In this document: positions 43,544 through 52,980 of the stretch, in pieces
Numbering within the stretch: the stretch's first letter is position 1
How the letters are laid out: each line of letters opens with the position of its first letter
From: a virus
Lineage: Duplodnaviria; Caudoviricetes
Strand: one strand, 5' to 3'
IMG/VR virus record: IMGVR_UViG_3300025398_000635
Coordinates: 9,666-73,665 of that record
DNA: 64,000 bases
Translations under genes and position numbers: made by a program
The notes under the pieces: model-generated
The model's database searches: none
What the model saw: only the letters and a program-made list of their open reading frames with translations
Told to the model about the DNA's origin: nothing

Positions 43544-44473
43544 TTAATTGTGATTACTTTGGTTTATAGTTGTAGTATTACTACTACCATTAATCTTTAG
43601 GTTAAGTATATTACTATCACTGGTAGTATTATTCTGTGTTACATTGACAGTATTACTGCTACCAGTCATGCCTAGGGCAACACTATTATTACCAGTTTGA
43701 CCGATAGTAACACTATTACTGTTACCTACCATTGAATCACCTGAGGCATAACCACCAATGCTGACACTATTCAAACCATTTTGATTGATTGTATAAGTGT
43801 TACTAGCACCATCGGATTTAATACCAACTGAGTTTCCACCCTGCATAGTGACCGAAGCAGTATTGTTGCCTCCGCCTATTAAGCTGATAGCGGCACTGCT
43901 ATCACCACCAGATAGGTTAACATTTACTTGGTTGCTTGAACCTCCAGCTGTAGCGATATTAACATGATCCCTACCACCTATCATTTTAATATTAACACCG
44001 GCATTATCACCAACTTGGACAACATTGACACTACTGCTGGTAAAGCTGTTTTGTCCATCGCCATTAAGATCAATTATGGCTGTAGCACTATTACCTGTTA
44101 CGCTATAGTTTACAGCAGGTGCCTGATAACCTCCCATGGTGCTACCCACCATGCTAATATCTAATTTATTTTGATTACCTACTTGATTAATGTTGACTCC
44201 GGCATTATCACCGTAGAGTTTGGCTGAGACTGTATTATCATCCCCACCCTGGATCGGTTGTACTCCTCGGACAACGTTTCCAAATCCATCCTGTGTGATA
44301 GCCACAGTTGCGCCACTACCGGATTGATCCACGTAGATGCTGTTATCTGCTGCCATTCCCAATGTTGGCATTGCAGCCACCATCAGAGTTGTAAGTAATT
44401 TTCTCGACAACTTACCAGCGCCTTTTAGACTTGATGTATTCATCATCATTTTTTGATTTGGGTTGGAACTCAT
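43544..44473 (-). CDS. Secreted curlin-repeat protein (CsgA/B-like)
   Basis: Signal peptide ending GMA-A; DNSIYVDQSG; many N/S/G-rich Q.G..N repeats; start may be 44449. Confidence 0.75.
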   Translation of the reverse strand: MSSNPNQKMMMNTSSLKGAGKLSRKLLTTLMVAAMPTLGMAADNSIYVDQSGSGATVAITQDGFGNVVRGVQPIQGGDDNTVSAKLYGDNAGVNINQVGNQNKLDISMVGSTMGGYQAPAVNYSVTGNSATAIIDLNGDGQNSFTSSSVNVVQVGDNAGVNIKMIGGRDHVNIATAGGSSNQVNVNLSGGDSSAAISLIGGGNNTASVTMQGGNSVGIKSDGASNTYTINQNGLNSVSIGGYASGDSMVGNSNSVTIGQTGNNSVALGMTGSSNTVNVTQNNTTSDSNILNLKINGSSNTTTINQSNHN

Positions 44474-44608
44474 TGTTTGTCATTTAAGCCAAACGCTTAG
44501 TTTATCCCCTCATCGCTCCTGGAGTCTCTGCTCCTTTAATTTTCGCTACTATCTTTCCTTTCTTAAAATATTTACTGCATTTGCAACTAAGATTTTATAC
44601 TACTACTA

Positions 44609-45793
44609 CTATTGTTTTACTTCTTCCAACTTCTCTACAAGTATCCAACCGCCTCGTGATTGATTATCTGATACTTTTATCCATCCTTCGCTACCAGCCT
44701 GTTTTATTTCTACTACGGTGCCTTTCTTAAATTGCCAAGTTTTTTGACTCTTATCATTTGATTCTCTATAAATGAATTCAGCTTCTTTTAATCTGCGTTG
44801 GCCAACTAATTCTTTAGGTTCTTCTTTTTTTACTTCTATCTTAGGTTCTTCTTTTTTTACTTCTATCTTAGGTTCTTCTTTTTTTACTTCCGTATCTACT
44901 GCAACCGGTTGAGTTAGGGTAGGTGTCATAACTACTACAGGTAGTTTACGATAATCCCATACTCCTTTGCGCTCACCTTCTTTGATCATTTCTACCACTG
45001 CGGCTTCGACGGTAGTCTTAACTGCTAGTGTTGCAGGTTCATTAATAGTCAATCCGCTTTCAAATTCAAATATTCCTGCTGTAGCACTAGTTGATCCTGT
45101 GTTGCCATTAAATACCTGCTGAAGTATGCCGCCCCCTGGATCAATACTTTTTAGGATGGCTACGCTATCTGCTGTTGAGTAAATGATCTTAGTTACTGTT
45201 ACTGCTGCAAGTATCTTACCTGTGTTTACACTAATAGCTCGTAAACTTACAGTAACAATATCTTTCGAGTATTGTGTCTGTGGACCTACACCCAAAAACT
45301 TATATGCCGCGCCTCCTGATTCTAGGCCTGTATCGTAACCAATGATACCACCTTCCATAATAATACCAGCGAACTGCATTGGCATTAGGGGTTTAGCATC
45401 CTTGCCTTCATATGCTTCACGCATCTGTTTGATGATTAAGCGTTCTTTAGTAAGTGCATCGATGTTGCCACGCTCAACTACATCAAACCAACGGCCCTGT
45501 CCTACATCTTGTAGAGCTTTGATTAGGAACACCTCGGCACCCTGTGTGACCGCAGTTGAAAAACTAGCAACACCCGGAGTAGGTTTACGCTGTCCAGTTT
45601 TATCTGCAAACTGATAAACAGCAACACTGAGTTTAGGCCCCGCAGGTGGAGGAAGCAAATCAAATTCTTTTTGCATCTTATTCTCTGCTAACTTGGGCTC
45701 ATGCTCTATGCCCGCAAGTTGTCCTGTCTTTTGTGTTATCGCACAACCGGACATTAATAAAACTGTAGAAAAAATAATTACTATTTTTTTCAT
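44609..45793 (-). CDS. csgG: Curli secretion channel CsgG with C-terminal SH3-like extension
   Basis: Lipobox LMSGC; AVYQF.DKTGQRK; STAVTQGA; WFDVVER..L.KER.II; EGGIIGYD. Confidence 0.92.
   Translation of the reverse strand: MKKIVIIFSTVLLMSGCAITQKTGQLAGIEHEPKLAENKMQKEFDLLPPPAGPKLSVAVYQFADKTGQRKPTPGVASFSTAVTQGAEVFLIKALQDVGQGRWFDVVERGNIDALTKERLIIKQMREAYEGKDAKPLMPMQFAGIIMEGGIIGYDTGLESGGAAYKFLGVGPQTQYSKDIVTVSLRAISVNTGKILAAVTVTKIIYSTADSVAILKSIDPGGGILQQVFNGNTGSTSATAGIFEFESGLTINEPATLAVKTTVEAAVVEMIKEGERKGVWDYRKLPVVVMTPTLTQPVAVDTEVKKEEPKIEVKKEEPKIEVKKEEPKELVGQRRLKEAEFIYRESNDKSQKTWQFKKGTVVEIKQAGSEGWIKVSDNQSRGGWILVEKLEEVKQ
44814..44890 (-). repeat. 27-bp coding tandem repeat (2.85 copies; KKEEPKIEV linker)
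   Basis: ttaggttcttctttttttacttctatc repeated. Confidence 0.9.
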
Positions 45794-45794
45794 C

Positions 45795-46274
45795 TTAGTT
45801 CATATTAAAGGAATTAAGTGGTACGTTGATTACTGTAGTGTTACCTACGTTATCTCTAACAGTTAATAAAATATTAGTTGGGTTAGTTGGGTCTTTCATC
45901 CAACTTAATGTATTGCCCTGGAAGTTAATTGTGCCGCCGCAAGCTGATGCATTTGCACTACAGGCGCCTCCTGCAAACATCTGTGTGGCTACGTTTTGAC
46001 TAACCTGTGCGTAGATACGAGATTCTAAATTAGTTAAGAATTGATTAATGGGTTGATTACTAGCCGCACTTGCGGCTGCATCTTTAGCTGATTGTAATGC
46101 ACTCAATACTGCCTGCTGACGTGTATACTGTTCATTCTCTATAGTCAGCACATAGGTACCGTATCCATTGCCGTTAAAACTTGGACTTTTAAATGAATAA
46201 TCAGCCAAGGGCGTTGCTGCTACAAAAGCAGGAAACAGTAGAAGTACTGCAAGAAATTTTGCTGCTTTAGACAT
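45795..46274 (-). CDS. csgF: Curli assembly factor CsgF
   Basis: Signal peptide; YSFKSPSFNGNG; F...LESRIYAQ.S; adjacent to csgG. Confidence 0.8.
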   Translation of the reverse strand: MSKAAKFLAVLLLFPAFVAATPLADYSFKSPSFNGNGYGTYVLTIENEQYTRQQAVLSALQSAKDAAASAASNQPINQFLTNLESRIYAQVSQNVATQMFAGGACSANASACGGTINFQGNTLSWMKDPTNPTNILLTVRDNVGNTTVINVPLNSFNMN

Positions 46275-46342
46275 GGATTCGCCCCCACTAGGTCTTATTA
46301 GTATTTAATATACCTACATATTAAATAATACTAGCGGTTTTC

Positions 46343-47632
46343 TTAGGGTACTTTTACCTGCATGCCATTCTGACTGCCAGTGTTGAATCCTAGTTTCTGA
46401 ATGGTTAGGTTAGACTCAAATTCGTCGGGTGTTTGAGTATAAATGAAATTACCAGTAGTGCCATTTAAAAATAAAATACCCTGGAACTTATCATGTTTCT
46501 GATAGTAAGCATAGGCAAATCTTTTTAAATTTGGAATAAATGCATCAAAGTTTATTACACCCTGATCTGTAATACTAGGGTTTACTACAGCCGCTACATC
46601 ACTATCTGATGCTTCTAAGTATAGTGATTGAAAAATGGAAGTAATTGATGCTTTTACAAATGCTGCAACGTCTTTAGGTTTTGCACCTTGTTGTATTAAA
46701 GCAGGACCAAAGCCGCTCCAAAATGGATTTGTTGATCCTACACTGACTGCATCTTTACTAGCTATAATTTGTGAAGCGGTAGTTCCTGGTGCAATCTTAG
46801 CTCCACGTGCTTCAGCTACTGCTGTTGGATTTTCTTCCTCTGCTGTGTCTGCCTCTGGTTGAGGTGCAGCAGCCGGAACTGGTCTTCCAGTCCACTGTGG
46901 AGCAGTAGGTTTAGTATCAGGCTTAGTTGGATCAATAGCCTTTAATGGTTCTGATTTTTTCGTTGTCTTTGCTAATTTAGTAGTCAGAGTTGAAATAAAT
47001 TGGGCAGCAGATTTTCTTACTTGTGATATAGCTTGATTAGTAGTGCCGTATCCTCGCACACCTATAATACGGGCACCGTTGCCTTTTACTTCAACTAGTC
47101 GACCGTTAATAATAAGGTCCCCAGCATCTTTACTAAGCATGATCTTTGGACTGGCAATCGCTAGGAAAAATTCTCCTTTGCCTTTATTAGTAGTAGTTTT
47201 TCCAGATTTAAATTTTCCAGAAATATTTAATAAATCACTTGAAACCTGTTGATACACTGTAGGATATTTTGTCTGTACAACATCATCTAAATTTTGCCAA
47301 ACACCGGGAGTTAATAATTGTTTAATATTAATAATTCCCTTGGTTGCTAATTCCTGTGCGAATGCCATTTTATCATCGAATGGTGCTTTTGCATCTATAA
47401 TTGCACGAGATATAATAGTGTGGACTTGTTTTAGATCTTCATCTTTTGATAAAATGTTATCAATACCGCTACCGATATCAATTTTTCTTATGTAAGAATA
47501 AATCTGATGTAACTCATCAATATCTAAAATATTAGGTATTTGCTGAATAATATGTTGTTGAACCGCGGCAACTCGAGGGTCAACACCTGGTTCTTTTTTT
47601 GATCGTTCTAGTAAAATGTCAATTACACGCAT
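46343..47632 (-). CDS. Late protein with head-targeting-like N-terminus and a PD-(D/E)xK nuclease-like motif
   Basis: MRVIDILLE; GKGE...GDLIING..VEVK; TATAAATA upstream. Confidence 0.55.
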   Translation of the reverse strand: MRVIDILLERSKKEPGVDPRVAAVQQHIIQQIPNILDIDELHQIYSYIRKIDIGSGIDNILSKDEDLKQVHTIISRAIIDAKAPFDDKMAFAQELATKGIINIKQLLTPGVWQNLDDVVQTKYPTVYQQVSSDLLNISGKFKSGKTTTNKGKGEFFLAIASPKIMLSKDAGDLIINGRLVEVKGNGARIIGVRGYGTTNQAISQVRKSAAQFISTLTTKLAKTTKKSEPLKAIDPTKPDTKPTAPQWTGRPVPAAAPQPEADTAEEENPTAVAEARGAKIAPGTTASQIIASKDAVSVGSTNPFWSGFGPALIQQGAKPKDVAAFVKASITSIFQSLYLEASDSDVAAVVNPSITDQGVINFDAFIPNLKRFAYAYYQKHDKFQGILFLNGTTGNFIYTQTPDEFESNLTIQKLGFNTGSQNGMQVKVP

Positions 47633-47642
47633 AGTGTAATAT

Positions 47643-48323
47643 TTATACTATTTCTGGGAACAGGCAATCTTGTATGAACACTTGTACATCTGCTTCGTTT
47701 AGGCCTAAACTAGCCATAACTTTAGGTGTATGCGGGTTACATTTCTGATTTAGGCAGTAGTAGTTTTGTGCTTCTGTAGTATCTACTGCTGTATTATTAG
47801 TTTCTGCCACAGTTTCTAGGTAATGGGCCAAAGTAGTGCGAGCCATGGACATAATTTGCTCTAATTCAGCTTCATCCTGTACATTGCCCGCAGCCACCAT
47901 ACTAGGGCTGAATATGTTAGTAGCCCACTCGGGCAATGTTCTAGGTTTACGCCATTCTAACTTGCTAATTTCTTCAGCAAACCACGACATCATTGGATGA
48001 TCGGGATCCCCAGCTTTTGAATAGTCATGGAAACAGCCAGTCATTTTGTTTTTACCAGCTACTACATCAAAGCCGTAAATTGGAGCAGGATTATGAGTAT
48101 GTGGGAAGATGCAACAGTGCATCATCCAAAGTCCTTTAGTTTCTCTCGCATCCACCACGTCAACGTGAGCACGGCGATAGCGATCACTAGTCCATACCCT
48201 ATTAATCCAGCCAGGTTGGTTAAAACGATCCATCCCAGGTTCGAAAATTTCAGTGCCTGTAAGATCAAAACTTTCTTCCAGCAAATGCTGTATTTCTATT
48301 AGTGTGTCCCAGACCTTACTCAT
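47643..48323 (-). CDS. pcyX: Ferredoxin-dependent bilin reductase, PcyX/PcyA-like
   Basis: RRAHVD, MMH(69)CC.FP, PIYGFD(86)VV, LPEWA..IFS, QNYYC.NQ..NPHT. Confidence 0.8.
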   Translation of the reverse strand: MSKVWDTLIEIQHLLEESFDLTGTEIFEPGMDRFNQPGWINRVWTSDRYRRAHVDVVDARETKGLWMMHCCIFPHTHNPAPIYGFDVVAGKNKMTGCFHDYSKAGDPDHPMMSWFAEEISKLEWRKPRTLPEWATNIFSPSMVAAGNVQDEAELEQIMSMARTTLAHYLETVAETNNTAVDTTEAQNYYCLNQKCNPHTPKVMASLGLNEADVQVFIQDCLFPEIV

Positions 48324-48870
48324 CCTGATATTCTACAAGATCCATCATTTCTTTAAAAAAATCAGTAGCAAATTCAAAACAAATTTTAGCTTCATCGGCC
48401 ATATCATCACTGATCTTTTCACGGACAGCAGCCTTGAGTGCTTCTGGATTTTCAAACTGATACATGCGTCCAGCACCTGGAATTTTTTTGGCAATCATCT
48501 GTCCACCAGCAAGATCTCCCATGTGGCGCACATAGATATGTGCCATTAGTTTTTTTGGATCATGTTTAATACTCATGATATGATCCATATAGCGTTTGAC
48601 TACCGGTAGAATTTGTGGATCACCGTCTTTTTCATCATCCCACAATTCCATAAAGTCTGCAAGTATATGCGGTGCTCTGCGAATTTCAGGCATGCTGTTT
48701 AACAAACCATGCGGCATTGCGCATACTTCTAACAACTCATATTGTGGGTGTTGATTTTTTAAATATACCGCGTAGAGTTTAGGATTAATCGTTCCCGAAA
48801 ATAAAATCTTTACAAACTCTTGACGTTCTGCATTCTGATGTGCTTCGTGGGTTAGGTCTCTTAAGCTCAT
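48316..48870 (-). CDS. hemO: Heme oxygenase
   Basis: LRDLTHEAH..AE, AHIYVRHMGDLAGGQ. Confidence 0.92.
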   Translation of the reverse strand: MSLRDLTHEAHQNAERQEFVKILFSGTINPKLYAVYLKNQHPQYELLEVCAMPHGLLNSMPEIRRAPHILADFMELWDDEKDGDPQILPVVKRYMDHIMSIKHDPKKLMAHIYVRHMGDLAGGQMIAKKIPGAGRMYQFENPEALKAAVREKISDDMADEAKICFEFATDFFKEMMDLVEYQDE

Positions 48871-49169
48871 TCTTCTTCCAATTTAATTTGTAAGGGGAAA
48901 CCATTTGTTCGGGCAAGATTAGTTGCTTCTACTGCTTTGACTTCAGCGATTTCAAAACTATAAACACCTGCTATTCCACTACCTTGCTCGTGAACTTGTA
49001 ACATAATATCTCTAGCTGTAGATTCATTATGTTTAAAAACTTCAGTCAGTACCGATACTACAAATTCCATAGGAGTGCTATCATCATTCACAAGTATAAC
49101 CTTCCAACGCTTTGGTTCTGTGATAATTACTTTAATTTTTTCATCTAATTGAATATCTGTACTTGACAT
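48867..49169 (-). CDS. clpS: ClpS N-degron adaptor
   Basis: KVILVNDDSTPMEFVV, MLQVHEQG, FPLQ. Confidence 0.93.
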   Translation of the reverse strand: MSSTDIQLDEKIKVIITEPKRWKVILVNDDSTPMEFVVSVLTEVFKHNESTARDIMLQVHEQGSGIAGVYSFEIAEVKAVEATNLARTNGFPLQIKLEEE

Positions 49170-49213
49170 GATTGCTTTCTTTTAATGTTGGGGGAGTTGC
49201 CTCCCCCGGTTGA

Positions 49214-49645
49214 TTATTTAACCTTAATGATACGAGGTTTTAATGCTTCTGGAACAATACGTTCGATATTAATAATCAACATACCGTCCTTGACTTCTGC
49301 ATCCTTAACTTCCATGTATTCAGCCAAAGTCCAATTCTGTTCAAAGTTACGGCTAGCTAAACCACGGTGCAAATATTCTTTGCTCTCGTCTGTAGTTTCA
49401 GCTTGTATACCACGAACAACTAATTGATCCTGATCTATTTCAACTGAGATTTCATCTTTGCTGAAACCTGCAACTGCTACTTCGATAGCATAAGCACTAT
49501 CACTATACTTCACAATGTTGTGTGGAGGATAGTTTCCGTTTACTTGTTGTAATCTTTGATTAAAGATTTGATCAAAGCCAACTAGAGCTCTGCTTAGATT
49601 AGCCAATTCGGCTGGTGTTACTGTTTTTAATTGCATTGTTGCCAT
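49214..49645 (-). CDS. ibpA: Small heat-shock protein (IbpA/Hsp20)
   Basis: YPPHNI, IEVAVAGF, YLHRGLASRNF, A...DGML.I; start moved to 49645 (AAGGAG). Confidence 0.92.
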   Translation of the reverse strand: MATMQLKTVTPAELANLSRALVGFDQIFNQRLQQVNGNYPPHNIVKYSDSAYAIEVAVAGFSKDEISVEIDQDQLVVRGIQAETTDESKEYLHRGLASRNFEQNWTLAEYMEVKDAEVKDGMLIINIERIVPEALKPRIIKVK

Positions 49646-49710
49646 TTTTAATCTCCTTATAGTAAGCAAGAATGTGCAGGGCCCCGAAGGCACCCTACAT
49701 TTTTATTATA

Positions 49711-51621
49711 TTACTTCTCTTCTTTAGGGTCAACCTCTGTAAAGCTCGCATCTACTGTTTGCTCAGCAGCCTGTGGTTGGGCTTCAGCTTGAGCTTTAGC
49801 CTGTTCAGCAGCCTGTTTTTTAGCAGTCAGTGGATTAGCAGCTTCAAAGAATGACTGTACAGCTTTTTGGATAGCCTCTACATCTTCACCGGCCATTGCA
49901 GTGTTAACAGCGTCAAGCGCGGTTTGGTATGCAGTCTTTTCCTCTTCAGTTAATTGATCTTGATATGCATCAAAATCTTTCTTAACTGTATGTAGTGAAG
50001 CCTCAGCTTGATTACGTGCTTCAATCAATTCCTTGGCTTTCTTATCAGCTTCAGCATTTTCTTCAGCTTCTTGTACCATGCGTTGGATTTCAGCATCAGT
50101 CAATCCTGAATCAGATTTGATAGTAATCTTGTTTTCTTTGCCAGTGTTTTTATCTCTGGCACTTACATTCAAGATACCATTAGCATCTAGATCGAGTGTA
50201 ACTTCAATCTGTGGCATGCCACGCATTGCAGGAGCAATACCTTCTAAGTTGAACTCGCCCAGTTGCTTATTATACTTGTACAACTCACGCTCACCTTGTG
50301 CAACCTTAATGGTCACAGCTGGTTGATTGTCTTCTGCTGTTGAGAAAACTTGTGAGTGCTTAGTTGGGATAGTAGTGTTCTTAGGAATCAATTTGGTAAA
50401 CACACCGCCCATTGTTTCAATACCCAATGTTAATGGTGTAACGTCTAACAACAATACGTCTGTCTTGTCGCCAGCTAGAACAGCACCTTGTACTGCGGCA
50501 CCTGCGGCAACTGCTTCGTCTGGGTTAACGTCTTTACGTGGAGCCTTGCCAAACAGTTTCTCAACTGCTTCTTGTACTTTAGGCATACGTGTTTGACCAC
50601 CAACTAGGATAACTTCATCGATATCACTAGCACTTACCTTAGCATCGGTCATAGCAATCTTACATGGCTCAATTGAACGTTGGATTAAGTCTTCAACCAT
50701 TTGTTCAAACTTACTACGGGTAATAGTAATGTTCATGTGCTTTGGACCGCTTGCATCAGCAGTAACATATGGAAGATTTACTGTAGTCTGTTGTGTGCTT
50801 GACAGTTCAATCTTGGCTTTTTCAGCGGCATCTTTCAAACGCTGTAAAGCAAGCATATCATTTTTCAAATCAATACCGTTGTCTTTCTTAAACTCGTCGA
50901 CTAGGTGATCCATGATACGTTGGTCAAAGTCTTCACCACCTAAGAATGTATCACCGTTTGTGCTTAATACTTCGATCTGTTTATCGCCGTCGATATTTGC
51001 GATTTCAATGATCGATACGTCGAACGTACCACCACCAAGGTCGTAAACAGCAATTTTGCGATCTCTTTTATCAGCTTTATCAACGCCATAAGCAAGAGCT
51101 GCCGCAGTAGGCTCGTTAATAATACGGAGTACTTCCAAGCCGGCAATTTTACCAGCATCTTTAGTAGCTTGTCTTTGACTGTCATTGAAGTACGCTGGTA
51201 CTGTAATGACTGCTTGTGTAACTGTTTCACCTAGATAATCCTCTGCTGTTTTTTTCATTTTACGAAGTACTTCAGCTGACACCTGTGGTGGAGCCAGTTT
51301 TTCGCCATTTGCTTCAATCCATGCATCGCCGTTGTCGGCTTTGACAATAGCGTATGGCATAAGGTCAATGTCTTTCTGTACTTCTTTTTCGTCAAATTTA
51401 CGCCCAATCAAACGCTTGGCCGCATAGATTGTATTTTTTGGATTCGTGACTGCTTGACGTTTTGCTGTTGCACCAACTAAAATTTCTTTGTCAGTGTATG
51501 CAATGATTGACGGTGTTGTTCTAGCACCTTCGCTGTTTTCGATTACTTTTGCAATTCCATTTTCTAGGATTGCTACGCAGCTATTTGTTGTACCCAAGTC
51601 GATACCGATGATTTTGCTCAT
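49711..51621 (-). CDS. dnaK: Molecular chaperone DnaK
   Basis: [38 protein letters not shown]; start ATG 51621. Confidence 0.98.
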   Translation of the reverse strand: MSKIIGIDLGTTNSCVAILENGIAKVIENSEGARTTPSIIAYTDKEILVGATAKRQAVTNPKNTIYAAKRLIGRKFDEKEVQKDIDLMPYAIVKADNGDAWIEANGEKLAPPQVSAEVLRKMKKTAEDYLGETVTQAVITVPAYFNDSQRQATKDAGKIAGLEVLRIINEPTAAALAYGVDKADKRDRKIAVYDLGGGTFDVSIIEIANIDGDKQIEVLSTNGDTFLGGEDFDQRIMDHLVDEFKKDNGIDLKNDMLALQRLKDAAEKAKIELSSTQQTTVNLPYVTADASGPKHMNITITRSKFEQMVEDLIQRSIEPCKIAMTDAKVSASDIDEVILVGGQTRMPKVQEAVEKLFGKAPRKDVNPDEAVAAGAAVQGAVLAGDKTDVLLLDVTPLTLGIETMGGVFTKLIPKNTTIPTKHSQVFSTAEDNQPAVTIKVAQGERELYKYNKQLGEFNLEGIAPAMRGMPQIEVTLDLDANGILNVSARDKNTGKENKITIKSDSGLTDAEIQRMVQEAEENAEADKKAKELIEARNQAEASLHTVKKDFDAYQDQLTEEEKTAYQTALDAVNTAMAGEDVEAIQKAVQSFFEAANPLTAKKQAAEQAKAQAEAQPQAAEQTVDASFTEVDPKEEK

Positions 51622-51689
51622 AATTTTCTCCTTATAATTAAGCAAGTAAATATGTACAGCCCTTACGGCGCTCTACACATTTATTTATC

Positions 51690-51974
51690 TCAGACATTCT
51701 CTAAATTCTTAATATTAGACCACTTTTTAAGCCTTTGGAATTTGGCAAGTTTTGCTGCCTGAATATTATCGTGGCCGATAATATCCATAGAATACAGAAT
51801 ATCTATCATGGCTAGTACATCACCAACTTCGTCTTCTAGGTGTTCTCTATTAGTTTTAGGTTTGCCCGGTTTATAATTGTCCAATCCAAACCTACTAATT
51901 TTGCTAACTGCTTGAATCACTTCAGCACATTCTTCTTGCAATATATCTAATACTTCTTTAGTTTGACTGTCCAT
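51690..51974 (-). CDS. MazG-like nucleotide pyrophosphohydrolase
   Basis: EECAEVIQA...EVGDVL. Confidence 0.8.
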   Translation of the reverse strand: MDSQTKEVLDILQEECAEVIQAVSKISRFGLDNYKPGKPKTNREHLEDEVGDVLAMIDILYSMDIIGHDNIQAAKLAKFQRLKKWSNIKNLENV

Positions 51975-52137
51975 TTTGTGCCTCTTGTAAAATTTCAATT
52001 AATTGTGGAATAATTTTTTCATCTAACACTACACTATATCCTTTAGCTGACCCTGTATTAAGTTTAATTTTAATAAGTGAATCTACGATGTCTACCCAAC
52101 AGTAGACTTCTCCATCGGGTTTAGTTATTTCTCTCAT
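51958..52137 (-). CDS. Small hypothetical protein (MREITKPDGEVYCW...)
   Basis: Hand-called; ATGA-coupled. Confidence 0.55.
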   Translation of the reverse strand: MREITKPDGEVYCWVDIVDSLIKIKLNTGSAKGYSVVLDEKIIPQLIEILQEAQNGQSN

Positions 52138-52715
52138 CTTTGGTTTATAAATGGTTGTAGCATTTTGCCTTCGTATGTAGTGCTAGTACGAAGTGTATTG
52201 TAGACATTCTGAATGCCTACTGCCTGGTTCCATGCATCTTCTAATGCATGGTGGGCCGTTACAGGTGGACGTTTAGGATCGATGCCTAGGTCAAAGGCTG
52301 TGCGAACATCTCTGACTTCCCAAAACTTCCAAGGAATTGCCTTGTTAATTTTACGGAACACATGCTCGCAAATGATAATATCAAAACATGCACCATTTGC
52401 CCATACACGCTTGGCACCCCAACAAAATTTATACAGTTGATTAAATGCATCAACGATATCAATCCTTCCATCTGGGTCAAAGGCAGCTTCCTGTGCCTCC
52501 TTGCTTTGATTAGCCCACCAGGCGATTGTATCATCACTAGTGGTTAATCCAATTCGATCACAACTATCTATATCTACCTTGACATAAAAACTTTCCATTG
52601 CTGGCTCTTTTAATTCAGCACCGAATGGGTCAAATTTTACTGCGCCAATTGTAAGAATAGTAGCGTCTGGAGTTGTATTTAGAGTCTCCAAATCTATCAT
52701 AATGTCTGTTAGCAT
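52134..52715 (-). CDS. DEDDh 3'-5' exonuclease (DexA/Rv2179c-like)
   Basis: MIDLETL, WANGACFD, RDVRT, HHALEDA. Confidence 0.88.
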   Translation of the reverse strand: MLTDIMIDLETLNTTPDATILTIGAVKFDPFGAELKEPAMESFYVKVDIDSCDRIGLTTSDDTIAWWANQSKEAQEAAFDPDGRIDIVDAFNQLYKFCWGAKRVWANGACFDIIICEHVFRKINKAIPWKFWEVRDVRTAFDLGIDPKRPPVTAHHALEDAWNQAVGIQNVYNTLRTSTTYEGKMLQPFINQR

Positions 52716-52721
52716 ACAGTT

Positions 52722-52750
52722 ATTATAACAGATTTAAATTGACATGTCAA
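52722..52750 (-). promoter_or_regulatory. sigma70 promoter TTGACA-N17-TATAAT
   Basis: Perfect consensus. Confidence 0.85.
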
Positions 52751-52980
52751 TACATTTTTTTAGGAAGTTGTTGATCGCGGAGTTTTTTCTTCCAACGAGC
52801 TTTAGCCGCACCCTTTTTGCGTTTGCGTTCTGTGGTGGGTTTTTCGTAGGTTTCTTTTTGGCGGAGATCGTCCAATTTACCAGAATCTTCAATTTTACGT
52901 TTGAAACGACGTAGGGCCTGATTGATATTTTCACCGTCTTTAACGGTAATACCAGTTCCTCTACTCTTCTGATGCATCAT
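52747..52980 (-). CDS. rpsU: Ribosomal protein bS21
   Basis: [12 protein letters not shown]...G...R..E.YEKPT..RKRK...A..R. Confidence 0.9.
   Translation of the reverse strand: MMHQKSRGTGITVKDGENINQALRRFKRKIEDSGKLDDLRQKETYEKPTTERKRKKGAAKARWKKKLRDQQLPKKMY

Noticed and set aside
44814-44890. 27-bp direct repeats as a CRISPR array
   Set aside because: No spacers; in-frame coding repeat within csgG. No repeat-spacer array or cas gene was seen anywhere.
47643-48870. Cyanophage assignment from ho1-pcyA
   Set aside because: No photosynthesis genes in the window; DnaK, IscU and the tmRNA tag look proteobacterial; the reductase fits PcyX better.
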